From: Promethearchaeia archaeon
GTDB taxonomy: Archaea > Asgardarchaeota > Lokiarchaeia > Sigyniarchaeales > SOKP01
Reading direction: 5' to 3'
Length of the DNA stretch: 64,000 nt
NCBI GenBank assembly: GCA_029856145.1
Contig: JAHQWK010000020.1
Span: 84,120-148,119 of the forward strand
Shown: positions 49,751 through 60,255 of the stretch, one piece after another
Numbering within the stretch: the first letter of the stretch is position 1
Layout of the letters: each line of letters begins with the position of its first letter
The notes under the pieces: model-generated
Database searches by the model: none
The model's input: the letters and a program-made list of their open reading frames with translations, nothing else
Told to the model about the DNA's origin: nothing
Position numbers and translations under genes: made by a program

Positions 49751-51277
49751 ATGAGAAATCTTAAAAATTATATTAATTTTTGTAAAAAATTCCATAAATC
49801 TTATTTACCTAGGTTAAAATTTAAGGAACTGAATGAACGTTATAGTCAACTATACAGAAAATTATATCAAATTGATAAAGATGATGTTAATAGAGCAAGT
49901 TTCATGGTTTGCATATTCTCATTTAGTATTTCTTTACTAATATCAATACTCATTATAAAATTAAATATTCTAATAATAATTTTATATTCAGTAATTTTCG
50001 GTTTACTTCTCTCATATAGATTCAATTTTATTATTTATCATGATATTAATAAAAAAGAAGTAGAAATAAATGCTATGCTCTATCTAATCAAGTTAGATTT
50101 TTCATTAATTAAAAAAACATTAAAAGCTAATTCTGATTTTTATTTAAGTTTTATAAGGCTAATTAAAGAATATCAACTTCCTATTTTAAACCATTTTAAA
50201 CATATTTTGGTAAAAATTCATGAAGGTGAAATTCCTGAAAATGAATTAATGAGAATTATAACACCATCAAGGGATTTTAATCAATATTTAAAGAATTTAT
50301 TGATCAATAATTTTGATGATACATATTCACTTGATGAGCCTACAGAAACTACATTAGAAAAAAACTTTAAAATCTATCTAAAAGAAATTCAATCAAAAAT
50401 AAGCATTATCTTTTTTATTGGTGTTTTTTTTCCAATTGGTCTATGTTTTTTGATTCTTTTTCAATTAGTAAATATAATTACTCTAATTGTTCTAATTCCT
50501 TTCTTTTTAATAATTTTAAATTATTTATGTCGCAAATTTATAAGAATAAATACATATATGATTGGTGTTCTAAATGATTATTCTGGCGTAGAAAAGAAAA
50601 AATTTAATGAATTTTTGTTATTTTTAAATGGTTTTGCTGCAAATTTAAAAAATAACCTATCTCCTGAAAAGGCATTTCTAAAATCATACTCACAGAATAA
50701 AAATTTATTCATAGTGCTAGAGAGAACCATTAAAAATCAATTATCTCGGCTTTTGAATTTTAATTGCTCGTTTCATGATATGATCCAATATTTTAAGCTA
50801 GAATTAAACTCAACAAGATATATAGTAATATTAGATCTTATCGAAAAATTTGTAACCGAAAATCCTTATTATTCTACCGAGAAAATCTTCGAAATTTTAC
50901 ATATACTTCATAATCATCAAAAACTTGAAAGAAAACTAGAAATAATAATTAAAGGAGAGAAGTTCAAAATATTTTTCTTCATTTTTCTTTTACCAATATT
51001 AATTGGGGCAATTTCAGGTATGTTTCCTTTTTTCATATTAATGACAAGGAATATTAATTCAATCACTCCCGCAATTTTGTTTGATTATAATAATTTGATG
51101 AATTTTTATTATATATTATTGATTTTTATTGTTTTTACTTCAAGTATTTCAATTACATCCAATAATTTCTTGAAAGTGATTAAATATCGGAAGAAATCTC
51201 TTATAATCTTTATTTCTAACCTAATTTTTATTCTAACGTTTATTTCATCTTTTATTAATACAATAAATTTTATTTAG
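49751..51277 (+). CDS. TadB/TadC (T2SS F-like) platform membrane protein
   Basis: Two cytoplasmic helical domains alternating with TM clusters; 'SPEKAF'; gene context. Confidence 0.7.
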   Translation: MRNLKNYINFCKKFHKSYLPRLKFKELNERYSQLYRKLYQIDKDDVNRASFMVCIFSFSISLLISILIIKLNILIIILYSVIFGLLLSYRFNFIIYHDINKKEVEINAMLYLIKLDFSLIKKTLKANSDFYLSFIRLIKEYQLPILNHFKHILVKIHEGEIPENELMRIITPSRDFNQYLKNLLINNFDDTYSLDEPTETTLEKNFKIYLKEIQSKISIIFFIGVFFPIGLCFLILFQLVNIITLIVLIPFFLIILNYLCRKFIRINTYMIGVLNDYSGVEKKKFNEFLLFLNGFAANLKNNLSPEKAFLKSYSQNKNLFIVLERTIKNQLSRLLNFNCSFHDMIQYFKLELNSTRYIVILDLIEKFVTENPYYSTEKIFEILHILHNHQKLERKLEIIIKGEKFKIFFFIFLLPILIGAISGMFPFFILMTRNINSITPAILFDYNNLMNFYYILLIFIVFTSSISITSNNFLKVIKYRKKSLIIFISNLIFILTFISSFINTINFI

Positions 51278-51294
51278 ATAATTTTATTACATTA

Positions 51295-51594
51295 TCAAGA
51301 AAAGCCGATAAGATAGATGGATTCTACAACTAAATATAATCCAATAAAAACATTTATCAGAATTGAATAAAAAAAAATTAATTTGAAAAAATTAATGTTC
51401 TCTAAATTATTCATATATATTATAATTTCTAATCTTTCTAATATCACATAAAAGGGAATTAATAGAATTAGAAAAATTAAAAGAGAAATTAAAGTTGTAA
51501 GCATATCAACAGAAATAGCGGAATAAATGAATATAAAAATGAAGATACTTAAAATTAATAAGATTTCAAATAATAAGATATTAAATTCTAACAT
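51295..51594 (-). CDS. Small membrane protein
   Basis: Three hydrophobic helices. Confidence 0.55.
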   Translation of the reverse strand: MLEFNILLFEILLILSIFIFIFIYSAISVDMLTTLISLLIFLILLIPFYVILERLEIIIYMNNLENINFFKLIFFYSILINVFIGLYLVVESIYLIGFS

Positions 51595-51763
51595 TTCTTA
51601 AACTATGTGCTCGATAAATTATTTAAAGGGCTCGTAATATTATTTCTAATAAATTTAATTACTCAATATGATTTTCATAAATAATCTTATTATTAAAATC
51701 AAGTTTTTATAAACAATAGCAATGTTAGAAAATATTATATAAGAAAAAAAGCTGATCATAATT

Positions 51764-52252
51764 ATGAGAAATTTAAAATTAAAAGGACTCAAATATAATA
51801 AAGGTAAATATAACTTCTATAATGATCGATTTGTATTTTTTCCTCCTCAAGTAATTGATATTTTATCATCTATTTATGGAGAAGGGGTGAAATCATTATT
51901 AGTTTGGCTTGGTAAGAAGGCAGGCTGGAATTTAATACAAAATTGGGATGAAATTATAAGACCAAAAACTTTGGAAGATTTAGTGAATCAATGTTGTAAT
52001 ATATTAAGTAATCATGGATGGGGACGTTTTGTCCCAAAACAAATTACTGAGGATTTAATTATCTTAAATCTTTTTCATAATATATCTTCACAATTAGAAA
52101 ATAAATCCAAATATTTTTGCTATTTTATAACAGGGTTATTAACAGGGATAGGAGAATTTGCACTTTATAGGGTAAATGTTTCTGAAACTCAATGTTGTTT
52201 AGAGGATCTAAATTTAGAATTCTGTGAATATAAAATTGAACAAATAAAATAA
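51764..52252 (+). CDS. V4R-domain protein
   Basis: 'LGKKAG', 'GWG.F', 'CYFITGLLTG', 'ETQC...CEY'. Confidence 0.88.
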   Translation: MRNLKLKGLKYNKGKYNFYNDRFVFFPPQVIDILSSIYGEGVKSLLVWLGKKAGWNLIQNWDEIIRPKTLEDLVNQCCNILSNHGWGRFVPKQITEDLIILNLFHNISSQLENKSKYFCYFITGLLTGIGEFALYRVNVSETQCCLEDLNLEFCEYKIEQIK

Positions 52253-52262
52253 ATTAGAGTTT

Positions 52263-52655
52263 TCACCAAGGATCCCATTCTTCTGGATTTAATTCTTCAT
52301 CATCATTTTCTAAGTTTTTTTCAGCAGTACCAGAGTGTAATTGATATAAATTATCATCTAGTTTTGGAATTTCTTCTTGAATTTCTCTTGGATGATCGTC
52401 AATTAAATCCAGCTCTTCCTCAATTGTAAGAGATTCTTCTCCAATAACAACATCCTTAAAGGCGGAGATTAAAGATAGAAAATTAAAAAACTCTTCTTTA
52501 TTCATCTCAACTTTGACAGTCTTATCGTTATTTAGGAGTGCTAATTTAATTATTCGAACCTCACCACTAATTTCTACAGAAGTTATTTCAATATTATCAT
52601 TTTTGTTTTTTAGCTGAATTTTCCATGAAGTTTCTCTTGTTTTTTCAATCTCCAT
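52263..52655 (-). CDS. Hypothetical protein with acidic tail ending EEWDPW
   Basis: 130-aa ORF. Confidence 0.75.
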   Translation of the reverse strand: MEIEKTRETSWKIQLKNKNDNIEITSVEISGEVRIIKLALLNNDKTVKVEMNKEEFFNFLSLISAFKDVVIGEESLTIEEELDLIDDHPREIQEEIPKLDDNLYQLHSGTAEKNLENDDEELNPEEWDPW

Positions 52656-52739
52656 TTTTAATTTTCACGTTAAAAAATTATTAAAGTTCATTAATTTAAT
52701 AAAAATTATTAAATTTAAAATTAATTCGATATTCATTAA

Positions 52740-53407
52740 TTAAATCGCTAGTTTAATAAACCACGCAAATAAATATGTTAGGATAATTATTAAAATGAGT
52801 GGAGGCCTATATTGAATTAATACTTGGAACTTTTTTTTTCTATTATTAAATACTAATAAGACAGACTTAAGGAGAATTTTCTCTTCCTTATATTCCCTTA
52901 ATTTTGAATAATTTAAGAATTTATAAAAACTTTTAATGTAAAATTTCTTAAAGCCTGAGAGTGTTGAATCTAAGTTAAAGAAGGTAATGAATGAACAATT
53001 GTTTTTGAATAAGGAGTTTAATATAAAATTTTGTAGGAATAATAAAATAAAAAACAATGAAAACAATAAAAAAAATGAAGTAACAAAATATAGATTTAAA
53101 AATTTTAAAGGATGAATTAGAAATATTAAAATTATAAGTTTTCCATCACTTCCACCTATTATTTTTAAATTAAACAAGAGAAATGAAAGAAGAAAAACAA
53201 TTAAAAAAAAAAAAATTTGCCAAAAATAATTATTAAGAAACAATTGGCATATATAAAATACTCAATTATATTTAGAATAAAAGCGAAGCTAATTGCTAAC
53301 TTGAAAAATTTATTTGGGACTTTACGATATTTTACATCAAAATATAACGTTACCAAGGACAGAATATTGAAATATAATACAGTTAAAAAAAAAAACAATA
53401 AGTCCAT
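52740..53407 (-). pseudogene. A24-family prepilin peptidase, frameshifted at a T13 run (53203-53215)
   Basis: 'FDVKYRKVPN' lies in ORF 53201..53407 and 'GGSDGK' in ORF 52740..53243; T11 or T14 would join them. Confidence 0.85.
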
Positions 53408-53411
53408 AATA

Positions 53412-53705
53412 CTAATAATTTCCTTCCCAAATTTCTATAAAATTTCTAAAACTCCTCGCTTTCATATTTTCTGATTTATACCTAAAGATTTTAATTCTCC
53501 CAAATTTCTTTTCTTGAATTAAATTATGCAATTTAAGGAAATTTAGATGTTTTAAAACACAGGAATAATTCAATCTGGTTTTTCTTATAATTAATGAAAT
53601 AGTTAATTCATCATCTCTAGCTAAAGCTTTTAGGATTTTAACTCTAGCTCTTGATCCTAATAAGTCCTCAATTAAATCTTTTTTTTCTAATTTATTATTA
53701 ATCAT
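53412..53705 (-). CDS. ArsR-like wHTH protein
   Basis: 'LLGSRARVKILK...HL..L...LIQEKKFGRIKIF'; overlaps the cdc6 stop. Confidence 0.85.
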   Translation of the reverse strand: MINNKLEKKDLIEDLLGSRARVKILKALARDDELTISLIIRKTRLNYSCVLKHLNFLKLHNLIQEKKFGRIKIFRYKSENMKARSFRNFIEIWEGNY

Positions 53706-54916
53706 ATTTTAAATCCTTTAGAGTTAAGCATTTCTATTGTGTTCCTTTCTAAATTAGGTAAACTTAAATCGGGAATTGCAATTATTGCTCGTCTGCCTTT
53801 TATTTTTTCACTTACAATTTTGGTTTCTAAAAGGTTTTCTCTCTTAAATTCTTGAAGATAGTTCCAAAGTTGAGAATTAGATCTCGGTTTCAGACCAATG
53901 TTTTCACATATCATATAATATCTTTTTAGAGCGTCATTGAAAGATATTTTAATATTATCATGATTATTTAAAGCTTTAATAATAGCAAGCAAGAATGATA
54001 ATTTTTGTGAATTCATATATTCTAAAACATCTAATGTTGAATAATGAAGTAGATCTTGGTTCCCCAATCTAACACATTCAGCATTAATGTATTTTAAATT
54101 CTTGCTTTCAGCGATTTTACATGATCTCCATATAACATTCAATCCGTGTCTTACATCACCTGAACTAGAAGTAATTTCAGATATCATTTTTATCATTTTA
54201 TCAGATAATACATTTTTTTTAAGACTATCATCTGCTCGATATTTTAAAATGTTAAAAATTTGACCGTCAGAATATTTTTTAAATTCTAATATATTTCTTT
54301 GTAGTGTACTCATTGTACTATTATCTAAATTATTTAAACATGAGAGATCTCTTACAATTCCAATAATTGATAACCTTTGATCACATTTCAGGTTGTCATC
54401 ATTAATTCGTGTTAATGAATAAATTAAATCTTCATGTTTATTTATCAAATAGCTTAATTCATCTAAAACAACTAATATATGTATATCATAAAGATGAAGA
54501 AATTCAATTAAGACATCTAATAAATCTTGTGAAGAATAGCCCCTTTTTGGAAATCGGGTGTCTAATGATTGAATTAACTTGATTAAGACCTTATAACTAG
54601 TTCTTTCTTTTCTACAATTAACATGAGCATATTTTATATTTATACTCCGTTTTCTTGAAACATTTTCTAATATCTTTCCAAATAATTTGACGGTAACAGT
54701 TTTTCCTATTCCTGTTTTTCCAGTTACTAATATTTTTCTTGAAATTGAATTTGGATTAGTAATTAATCCTAGAAAGAGTTGAGATAACAGTGAAAGCTCT
54801 TTATCTCTATGGGGTAATTCATTTGGAATATAATTTATATCTAGTTTACTTTCGTCCTTGAACAATGATTCTCTCTTTAATAATTCTTCAAAGTACTCCA
54901 TATGTATATAATTCAT
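53702..54916 (-). CDS. cdc6: Orc1/Cdc6 replication initiator
   Basis: 'LPHRDKE', GKTGIGKT, 'VNC', 'VLDE', 'GDVR', C-terminal WH domain. Confidence 0.95.
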   Translation of the reverse strand: MNYIHMEYFEELLKRESLFKDESKLDINYIPNELPHRDKELSLLSQLFLGLITNPNSISRKILVTGKTGIGKTVTVKLFGKILENVSRKRSINIKYAHVNCRKERTSYKVLIKLIQSLDTRFPKRGYSSQDLLDVLIEFLHLYDIHILVVLDELSYLINKHEDLIYSLTRINDDNLKCDQRLSIIGIVRDLSCLNNLDNSTMSTLQRNILEFKKYSDGQIFNILKYRADDSLKKNVLSDKMIKMISEITSSSGDVRHGLNVIWRSCKIAESKNLKYINAECVRLGNQDLLHYSTLDVLEYMNSQKLSFLLAIIKALNNHDNIKISFNDALKRYYMICENIGLKPRSNSQLWNYLQEFKRENLLETKIVSEKIKGRRAIIAIPDLSLPNLERNTIEMLNSKGFKI

Positions 54917-55175
54917 TTAATGGGATTTTATGATGATTTAAGAAAACATTCGTTTATAATAAAGTACAGAGTAATAATTTCTTATCACTAAGTTCTAAAT
55001 ATAATTCTAATAATAATATTCAATTCTTCTGAAAAAAAATAAAATTTGTTGAAATCTGATTTATATTTAAAACAATAATAGAGAATTTCTGATTTTTATT
55101 GGTTTTAAATAATTTATAATTTAATACCATGACTTATACATATTCCTTGAATCTTCAAAATGTTTGCATTTTAAT

Positions 55176-56399
55176 CTAATATCTAATAATCAATTCTGTA
55201 AGTAATTTTTCACTTTTACTCTTTTTATTAATAATTAAATATGATAAAAGTATTATTATAATAATCAGAACTGATGTAAAAGAGAAAATTTTTATTTGAA
55301 ATGAATTTATTATTTTCGAATAATAATCTTGATTTAAATTAAGATTTAAAGTTAAAGTCTTGTTATCTAAATAATATGTTTCATTTAAAAAAATATTGAT
55401 AATAAAATCTTGATTTCTTTGATTGTAGTTAAAAGAATCTTGAGAAATTGAAACTTCTAAAATCCCAAATTTATCTGTTTTATATTCATTGATAAAAGTT
55501 AATGTTTTGTTATCAAAAATCTTTATCAATAACGTATAATTTGCAAGTGGTTTTTCTGATTGATTAAGGTAATAATAGCAATATAATTTTATTTCTAAAT
55601 CTTCATTTTCTTCTAAGTTATTATTAAAACTTATAATATCTATAATTGGATCATTTTTATCTACATATATTTCATAAATGAATTTTGAATCATTATATAA
55701 ATTGTTATCTACTATTGAAAATATTAAGAAATTCTGCCCAAGCTTTAAATGTGTGAGTGATAACAGGCGAATGCTAATTACTCCCGACATATTTGTGGTG
55801 TAATTACATCGGTGTATTAATAAATCATTAAAAGATATCATAAATTGTATAGTCTGATTACCTAAATATTGGTTAATGTCAGAAACTTCATCATAAAATT
55901 TAGCTACTAGAGATAAATTTTCACCTAATTTTATCCGATCTTTATATCCAATTAACTCACATAAGATATTTCTTTTCATCACTCTAATTTCTATAGTTTC
56001 AATATAATTACACATAGTACTTGCAGTATCTATATGAAAAAAAAAGACGAAAAACTTTATATAAAGTATATAGGAAGAGTTTTTTATATCTAAATTAAAA
56101 TCTTCGATATTTACAGTCCAATTCTTTTCATAAGTTCCAATTTGATTATATTTTGAAGAATTCCAAATAAACTGATCGAATATATCCACTATATGAATTT
56201 GGATATAAGCAATTTCATTGTTATCATTATAATTCAACTCCCAAGATGCATTTATTTTGATAGAATCGTCAATATAATATTCAGATTGATTTGTATTTAA
56301 ACTAATTAAATTACAACTAAAAGCGTTCACAAAATTGATTACACTTAGAAGTTCTACTATTATTAAAATTGGAAGTATAATTACATATTTTTTTTTCAC
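55176..56399 (-). CDS. Secreted, C-terminally anchored beta-rich (Ig-like) surface protein
   Basis: Signal peptide, repeated 'Y.T...G' motifs, C-terminal TM. Confidence 0.7.
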   Translation of the reverse strand: MKKKYVIILPILIIVELLSVINFVNAFSCNLISLNTNQSEYYIDDSIKINASWELNYNDNNEIAYIQIHIVDIFDQFIWNSSKYNQIGTYEKNWTVNIEDFNLDIKNSSYILYIKFFVFFFHIDTASTMCNYIETIEIRVMKRNILCELIGYKDRIKLGENLSLVAKFYDEVSDINQYLGNQTIQFMISFNDLLIHRCNYTTNMSGVISIRLLSLTHLKLGQNFLIFSIVDNNLYNDSKFIYEIYVDKNDPIIDIISFNNNLEENEDLEIKLYCYYYLNQSEKPLANYTLLIKIFDNKTLTFINEYKTDKFGILEVSISQDSFNYNQRNQDFIINIFLNETYYLDNKTLTLNLNLNQDYYSKIINSFQIKIFSFTSVLIIIIILLSYLIINKKSKSEKLLTELIIRY

Positions 56400-56506
56400 A
56401 CCATATCTTTCTAGTTTAATCTATAAAAACTCAAATAATTCCAAAAAAATTTATTTTGCCAAATATTTAATTTCAAAATAAGAAAAGATTACTAGACGTA
56501 ATTGAG

Positions 56507-56701
56507 ATGGGTAAAGTAAGAACAGTTTTAATTAAAAAAGTGTCGAAAGAATTAATAAACAAATATCCAAATGTATTTACAACAGATTTTGAAATAAATA
56601 AAAGATTATTAGATAAATATCTTGAAATAGATTCAAAACATCTAAGAAACAGAATCTCAGGGTATATTGTAAATTTATTAAAAATTCGGGAAAAAGAATA
56701 A
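56507..56701 (+). CDS. rps17e: 30S ribosomal protein eS17
   Basis: 'MGKVRT', 'DFE.NK', 'SKHLRNRISGY'. Confidence 0.97.
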   Translation: MGKVRTVLIKKVSKELINKYPNVFTTDFEINKRLLDKYLEIDSKHLRNRISGYIVNLLKIREKE

Positions 56702-56790
56702 ATTATATAAAATAGATTTACTCTTTCTATAATTTATGTTGGAATAATTAATAAAAAATAGGGATCAAAATAAACGATAATATCAAAAAA

Positions 56791-57168
56791 ATGGCTGATC
56801 TTCTTAGATCTGGAAACACTATGTTAAATATGGCTTGTCCAGTTTGTAATAACCCAATTTTCCGAAACAAAGTTGGAAATACTTTTTGTCCAACATGCAA
56901 CAGAAATGTTCTAATCGTTAAAGATAGCACTTATAAAGAAAATGCAATTAAAAAAGGTGCGATTTATCATAAAGAACAAGAAAATGACCTCCATAACAGA
57001 AAAATTGAGTTGCTATTTTCATTACAAGAAGTACTATTTGAGAAAATCGAAATAATTACTGAAAAATTGAGAAATGAAACTCATTTACAAGTAATTGAAA
57101 CTTATACTATGATTTTATTAAATTGTCTTGAAATCCTTAATAAAATCCCGTTCAGGAGAGAAAAGTAA
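56791..57168 (+). CDS. UPF0148/autoantigen-p27 family Zn-ribbon protein
   Basis: 'MADLLRSG.TML..ACPVCNNPIF...FCPTC'. Confidence 0.88.
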   Translation: MADLLRSGNTMLNMACPVCNNPIFRNKVGNTFCPTCNRNVLIVKDSTYKENAIKKGAIYHKEQENDLHNRKIELLFSLQEVLFEKIEIITEKLRNETHLQVIETYTMILLNCLEILNKIPFRREK

Positions 57169-57251
57169 TTATAAAATGTTTCTGTAAACAGAAACACAGG
57201 TTAAATAATTCACCCTTAAAATCAACAATAATGATAATCCTAATAAAATGA

Positions 57252-57363
57252 TGCTTCTGCCGGGATTCGAACCCGGGTCCCGAGGGTGAGAGCCTCGTAT
57301 GCGTAATCCTAATCATAGTTTAATGAAAACTATAGTAGATTGACCGTACTACACTACAGAAGC
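57252..57363 (-). tRNA. tRNA-Glu(CTC) with a 37-nt D-loop intron (57303-57339)
   Basis: Acceptor GCTTCTG/CAGAAGC; anticodon arm CGAGG-CTCTCAC-CCTCG; removing the intron gives a 75-nt tRNA. Confidence 0.92.
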
Positions 57364-57534
57364 AGAAAATGTGTATTTTATTTTATTCTATAACGCTAAT
57401 AATATTAAATTTATATAATTTAAAAAATTTAAGACAATCTAAATTCTTTTTTTATTTTGACGAATCATTACTAATAAATAAGTGTTAAGTAGGATGAATT
57501 AATCTGAATTTCAAAGAAATTTTTAGAAATTCAA

Positions 57535-58557
57535 TTAACTCATAAACATTGGCTTTAAGAGATTTACATAGTGGTCTCTTATAGAATATTCCGCAATTTT
57601 AGTGGCTTCAGAAATAATTTTCTGTGTAAGGATTGTTTTTTGATCATAATCTTTAGCTAATAACTTATCTGCTAGATATATTATCGCTCCAGTTAAAATA
57701 AAAGGATTTCTTCCACCTCTTTGCCATAAGGGTAATTCTTTTAAAATTTCACGACATTTCATTATTAATTTATTTTGAAAATCACTTTCAGACCATAATA
57801 CTTCTTTTTTCATTAATCTCTCTTTTAGAAATTGATGCTTTATTATTTCATCTATTAGTCTGATGAGGTAATCTTCGCTTTTATGAGGAGTCGTATCGTC
57901 ATTTAAATGACATTTATATCTTATCCCATCCCTCAAAATTAATCTAGGATTTACTCGGTGCCCAAAATTTTGAAAACCATTTGAAATTTCATTAATTGTA
58001 ATAGGGGCATTGTGATACTCTTTTCTAGCAGCAAAAAAAATACAAAATGCGATGAGTGAAATGTTATTAATTATCTTTTCTTCAGATTTGATTATTTTTT
58101 TGTAGTAATAAGCAGCATTATTTCGAATGTTTTTATTAAGATTAAGATATAAGGTAATTTTATTTAAAATATTAAAAACTCTATATTCTGTTTCATGATT
58201 TTTAATACGTAAAAATTGAGCATAATTTTTTTTTAATCTCCTAAATAATTTTTGGTCACCTGGAGGTAAAAGTTTTCCATTTTTATCTTTTAAATATTTG
58301 GATTTTTCATAATCAATAAATGAACCTAGGCCCCCTATGAAGTCTGTTCGTTCACCCAAGGCGACGTATTGTTTGTTTAAGCTATTATTGTTTTTTAAAT
58401 CATTAAATATAAAAGCAGATTCTCTAAAAAAATTATTAATTACTAATCCACATTCCTTACAGATTTTTTCAAAGCTATTTTCAATTATTTTTCCTCCACA
58501 TTCAGGACACTTATCATTTTCTTGTTTATAACTTTCAATCGAGCTAATTTCCATCAC
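57535..58557 (-). CDS. Divergent TFIIB/TFB paralog
   Basis: Zn ribbon CPECG...CKECG, cyclin-fold repeats, 'GGRNP', 'TQKIISEATKIAEYSIR'. Confidence 0.85.
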   Translation of the reverse strand: MMEISSIESYKQENDKCPECGGKIIENSFEKICKECGLVINNFFRESAFIFNDLKNNNSLNKQYVALGERTDFIGGLGSFIDYEKSKYLKDKNGKLLPPGDQKLFRRLKKNYAQFLRIKNHETEYRVFNILNKITLYLNLNKNIRNNAAYYYKKIIKSEEKIINNISLIAFCIFFAARKEYHNAPITINEISNGFQNFGHRVNPRLILRDGIRYKCHLNDDTTPHKSEDYLIRLIDEIIKHQFLKERLMKKEVLWSESDFQNKLIMKCREILKELPLWQRGGRNPFILTGAIIYLADKLLAKDYDQKTILTQKIISEATKIAEYSIRDHYVNLLKPMFMS

Positions 58558-58789
58558 TTTTATGTTTCAACTTTAAATTTAAGATTTTTAGCTTACATTA
58601 TATTGATTTTGGAGAACAACAATACATCTAGCAGAACTGTACTTTCTATGAAATAAAATAATATTATTCAGAGAAAGAGAGAGAAGATTAAAAGTAAAAA
58701 AGTAGTAATTTAAAAGTTTCAATTTAGAGCTATATTAAACTAATATATAAATTTAGAATACTAAAATCAATACTTAAAAAACTTGAATT

Positions 58790-59032
58790 TTGATGAGCCA
58801 GACATCTAATAACCTAGATAAAATAAAAAGAATCTCAACCAGTAATTGCGAAGTATTGGAAAATATTATAGAAACACTTAAGAAAAAAATAAGAGGGAGA
58901 AGAAGAATCATGTACTCAGATATTATAAATTTTATTATTAGAGAAGGATGTATTGGAGAAAAGTATAATAAATTAATTTTATGGTGCAATTATAAAATTA
59001 GACTTGGCAAAACTTATATAGAATTTAAATGA
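58790..59032 (+). CDS. Small hypothetical protein
   Basis: 80-aa ORF. Confidence 0.55.
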   Translation: MMSQTSNNLDKIKRISTSNCEVLENIIETLKKKIRGRRRIMYSDIINFIIREGCIGEKYNKLILWCNYKIRLGKTYIEFK

Positions 59033-59259
59033 AAAATTATATGTTTTTTAAAAAATTCAGAGCCTTATTTTTAAATAAGTAGTTTAGACAAAAAGTTAAA
59101 ATATCACAAAGGAATTATAAATACTAAATTATAATAATACCTATTAATATAATTTAATAAAAATTAATAGATTATTTCGTTATTTAAATTCTTCACGAAA
59201 TTATTCCAAAGGAACGATTTTTTTTACTTTAAAATTTAATAATTAAGGGAAGATTCTTA

Positions 59260-59946
59260 ATGGTACGGTTTACAGCAGATCATAAGGTATATATAAAAAT
59301 CTTATATTGGGGGATGGCGGGATCAGGAAAAACAACAATTGTAGATACACTTTATAGATTTACTAAAGAAAATGAAAAAGATATTGAACCTACTGGAAAT
59401 TTAACAAAAATCTCAATGGCATCCGGATCAACATTATATTTTGATCGAGGAATCTTTCAATCTACAAAACAAAAAAGTCGTGGGAAAGTTTTTTATCATG
59501 TATATACTGTCGCGGGTCAGAGAAGATTTTCACCTTTAAGAAAAAAGATATTCAAGGGGACTGATGGTGTTATATTTACAGTTGATTCTCAAACTCATTT
59601 TTTTGAAGATAATATAGAATCTTTAAAAGAACTGAAAAACGTCACAAGGGGTAAATTAATTAAGGAAATTCCTCTAATTATCATGATAAATAAACAAGAT
59701 CTCTCAGAAGTCATAGGAGAAGAAGATTTTAAACAAGTATTAAAAGATGAGAAACTTTGGTATGAGCCTGATCATGAATTATACATTTGGAATCCTATAA
59801 TTTATAAAACCTGTGCTTTATATGAGCAAAGAAGTAACGTTTATCGTAGTTTCTCTGAATGTGCAAGAAGAACAGGTTTGTACCAGATTTACGGTGATGG
59901 AGAAGCTCCAATCGGAGATAATTTTAAAGAATTTCGTGAACTTTAG
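59260..59946 (+). CDS. MglA-like small GTPase
   Basis: GMAGSGKTT, TLYFD, TVAGQ, NKQD. Confidence 0.92.
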   Translation: MVRFTADHKVYIKILYWGMAGSGKTTIVDTLYRFTKENEKDIEPTGNLTKISMASGSTLYFDRGIFQSTKQKSRGKVFYHVYTVAGQRRFSPLRKKIFKGTDGVIFTVDSQTHFFEDNIESLKELKNVTRGKLIKEIPLIIMINKQDLSEVIGEEDFKQVLKDEKLWYEPDHELYIWNPIIYKTCALYEQRSNVYRSFSECARRTGLYQIYGDGEAPIGDNFKEFREL

Positions 59947-60255
59947 ATTTTATAAAAGTAAATGTAAATAATACTTTAAAATTATGCACAATTTCCCGTT
60001 TTCTTAATTAAATAACAAAGTAAATAATTCATATGAAGAATATAAGGAGTTAAAGAGGGTTGTAAATATTCGATGAAAAAAACTAGACAAGGATGATCTA
60101 CAATAAGTAGGAATGATAAGTTATAGTTACTTTGAGGATTATAAAAACCTAAACTCCACCTAATAAATTTTCAGTAATTTAAATAAAATATAAAAAGCTT
60201 TCTTCATTTAGTTTAAGTAAATTATAACAAAAAATAATGTGAATTAAAAACGGGC

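Noticed and set aside
51764-52252. V4R protein as a TRAPP/Bet3 ortholog
   Set aside because: It retains generic V4R Cys motifs; nothing specific to Bet3 is visible without a profile search
54930-54936. ATGATGA as the C box of another sRNA
   Set aside because: No suitably spaced D box or terminal stem
54917-55175. oriC directly upstream of cdc6
   Set aside because: AT-rich, but no convincing ORB motif is visible
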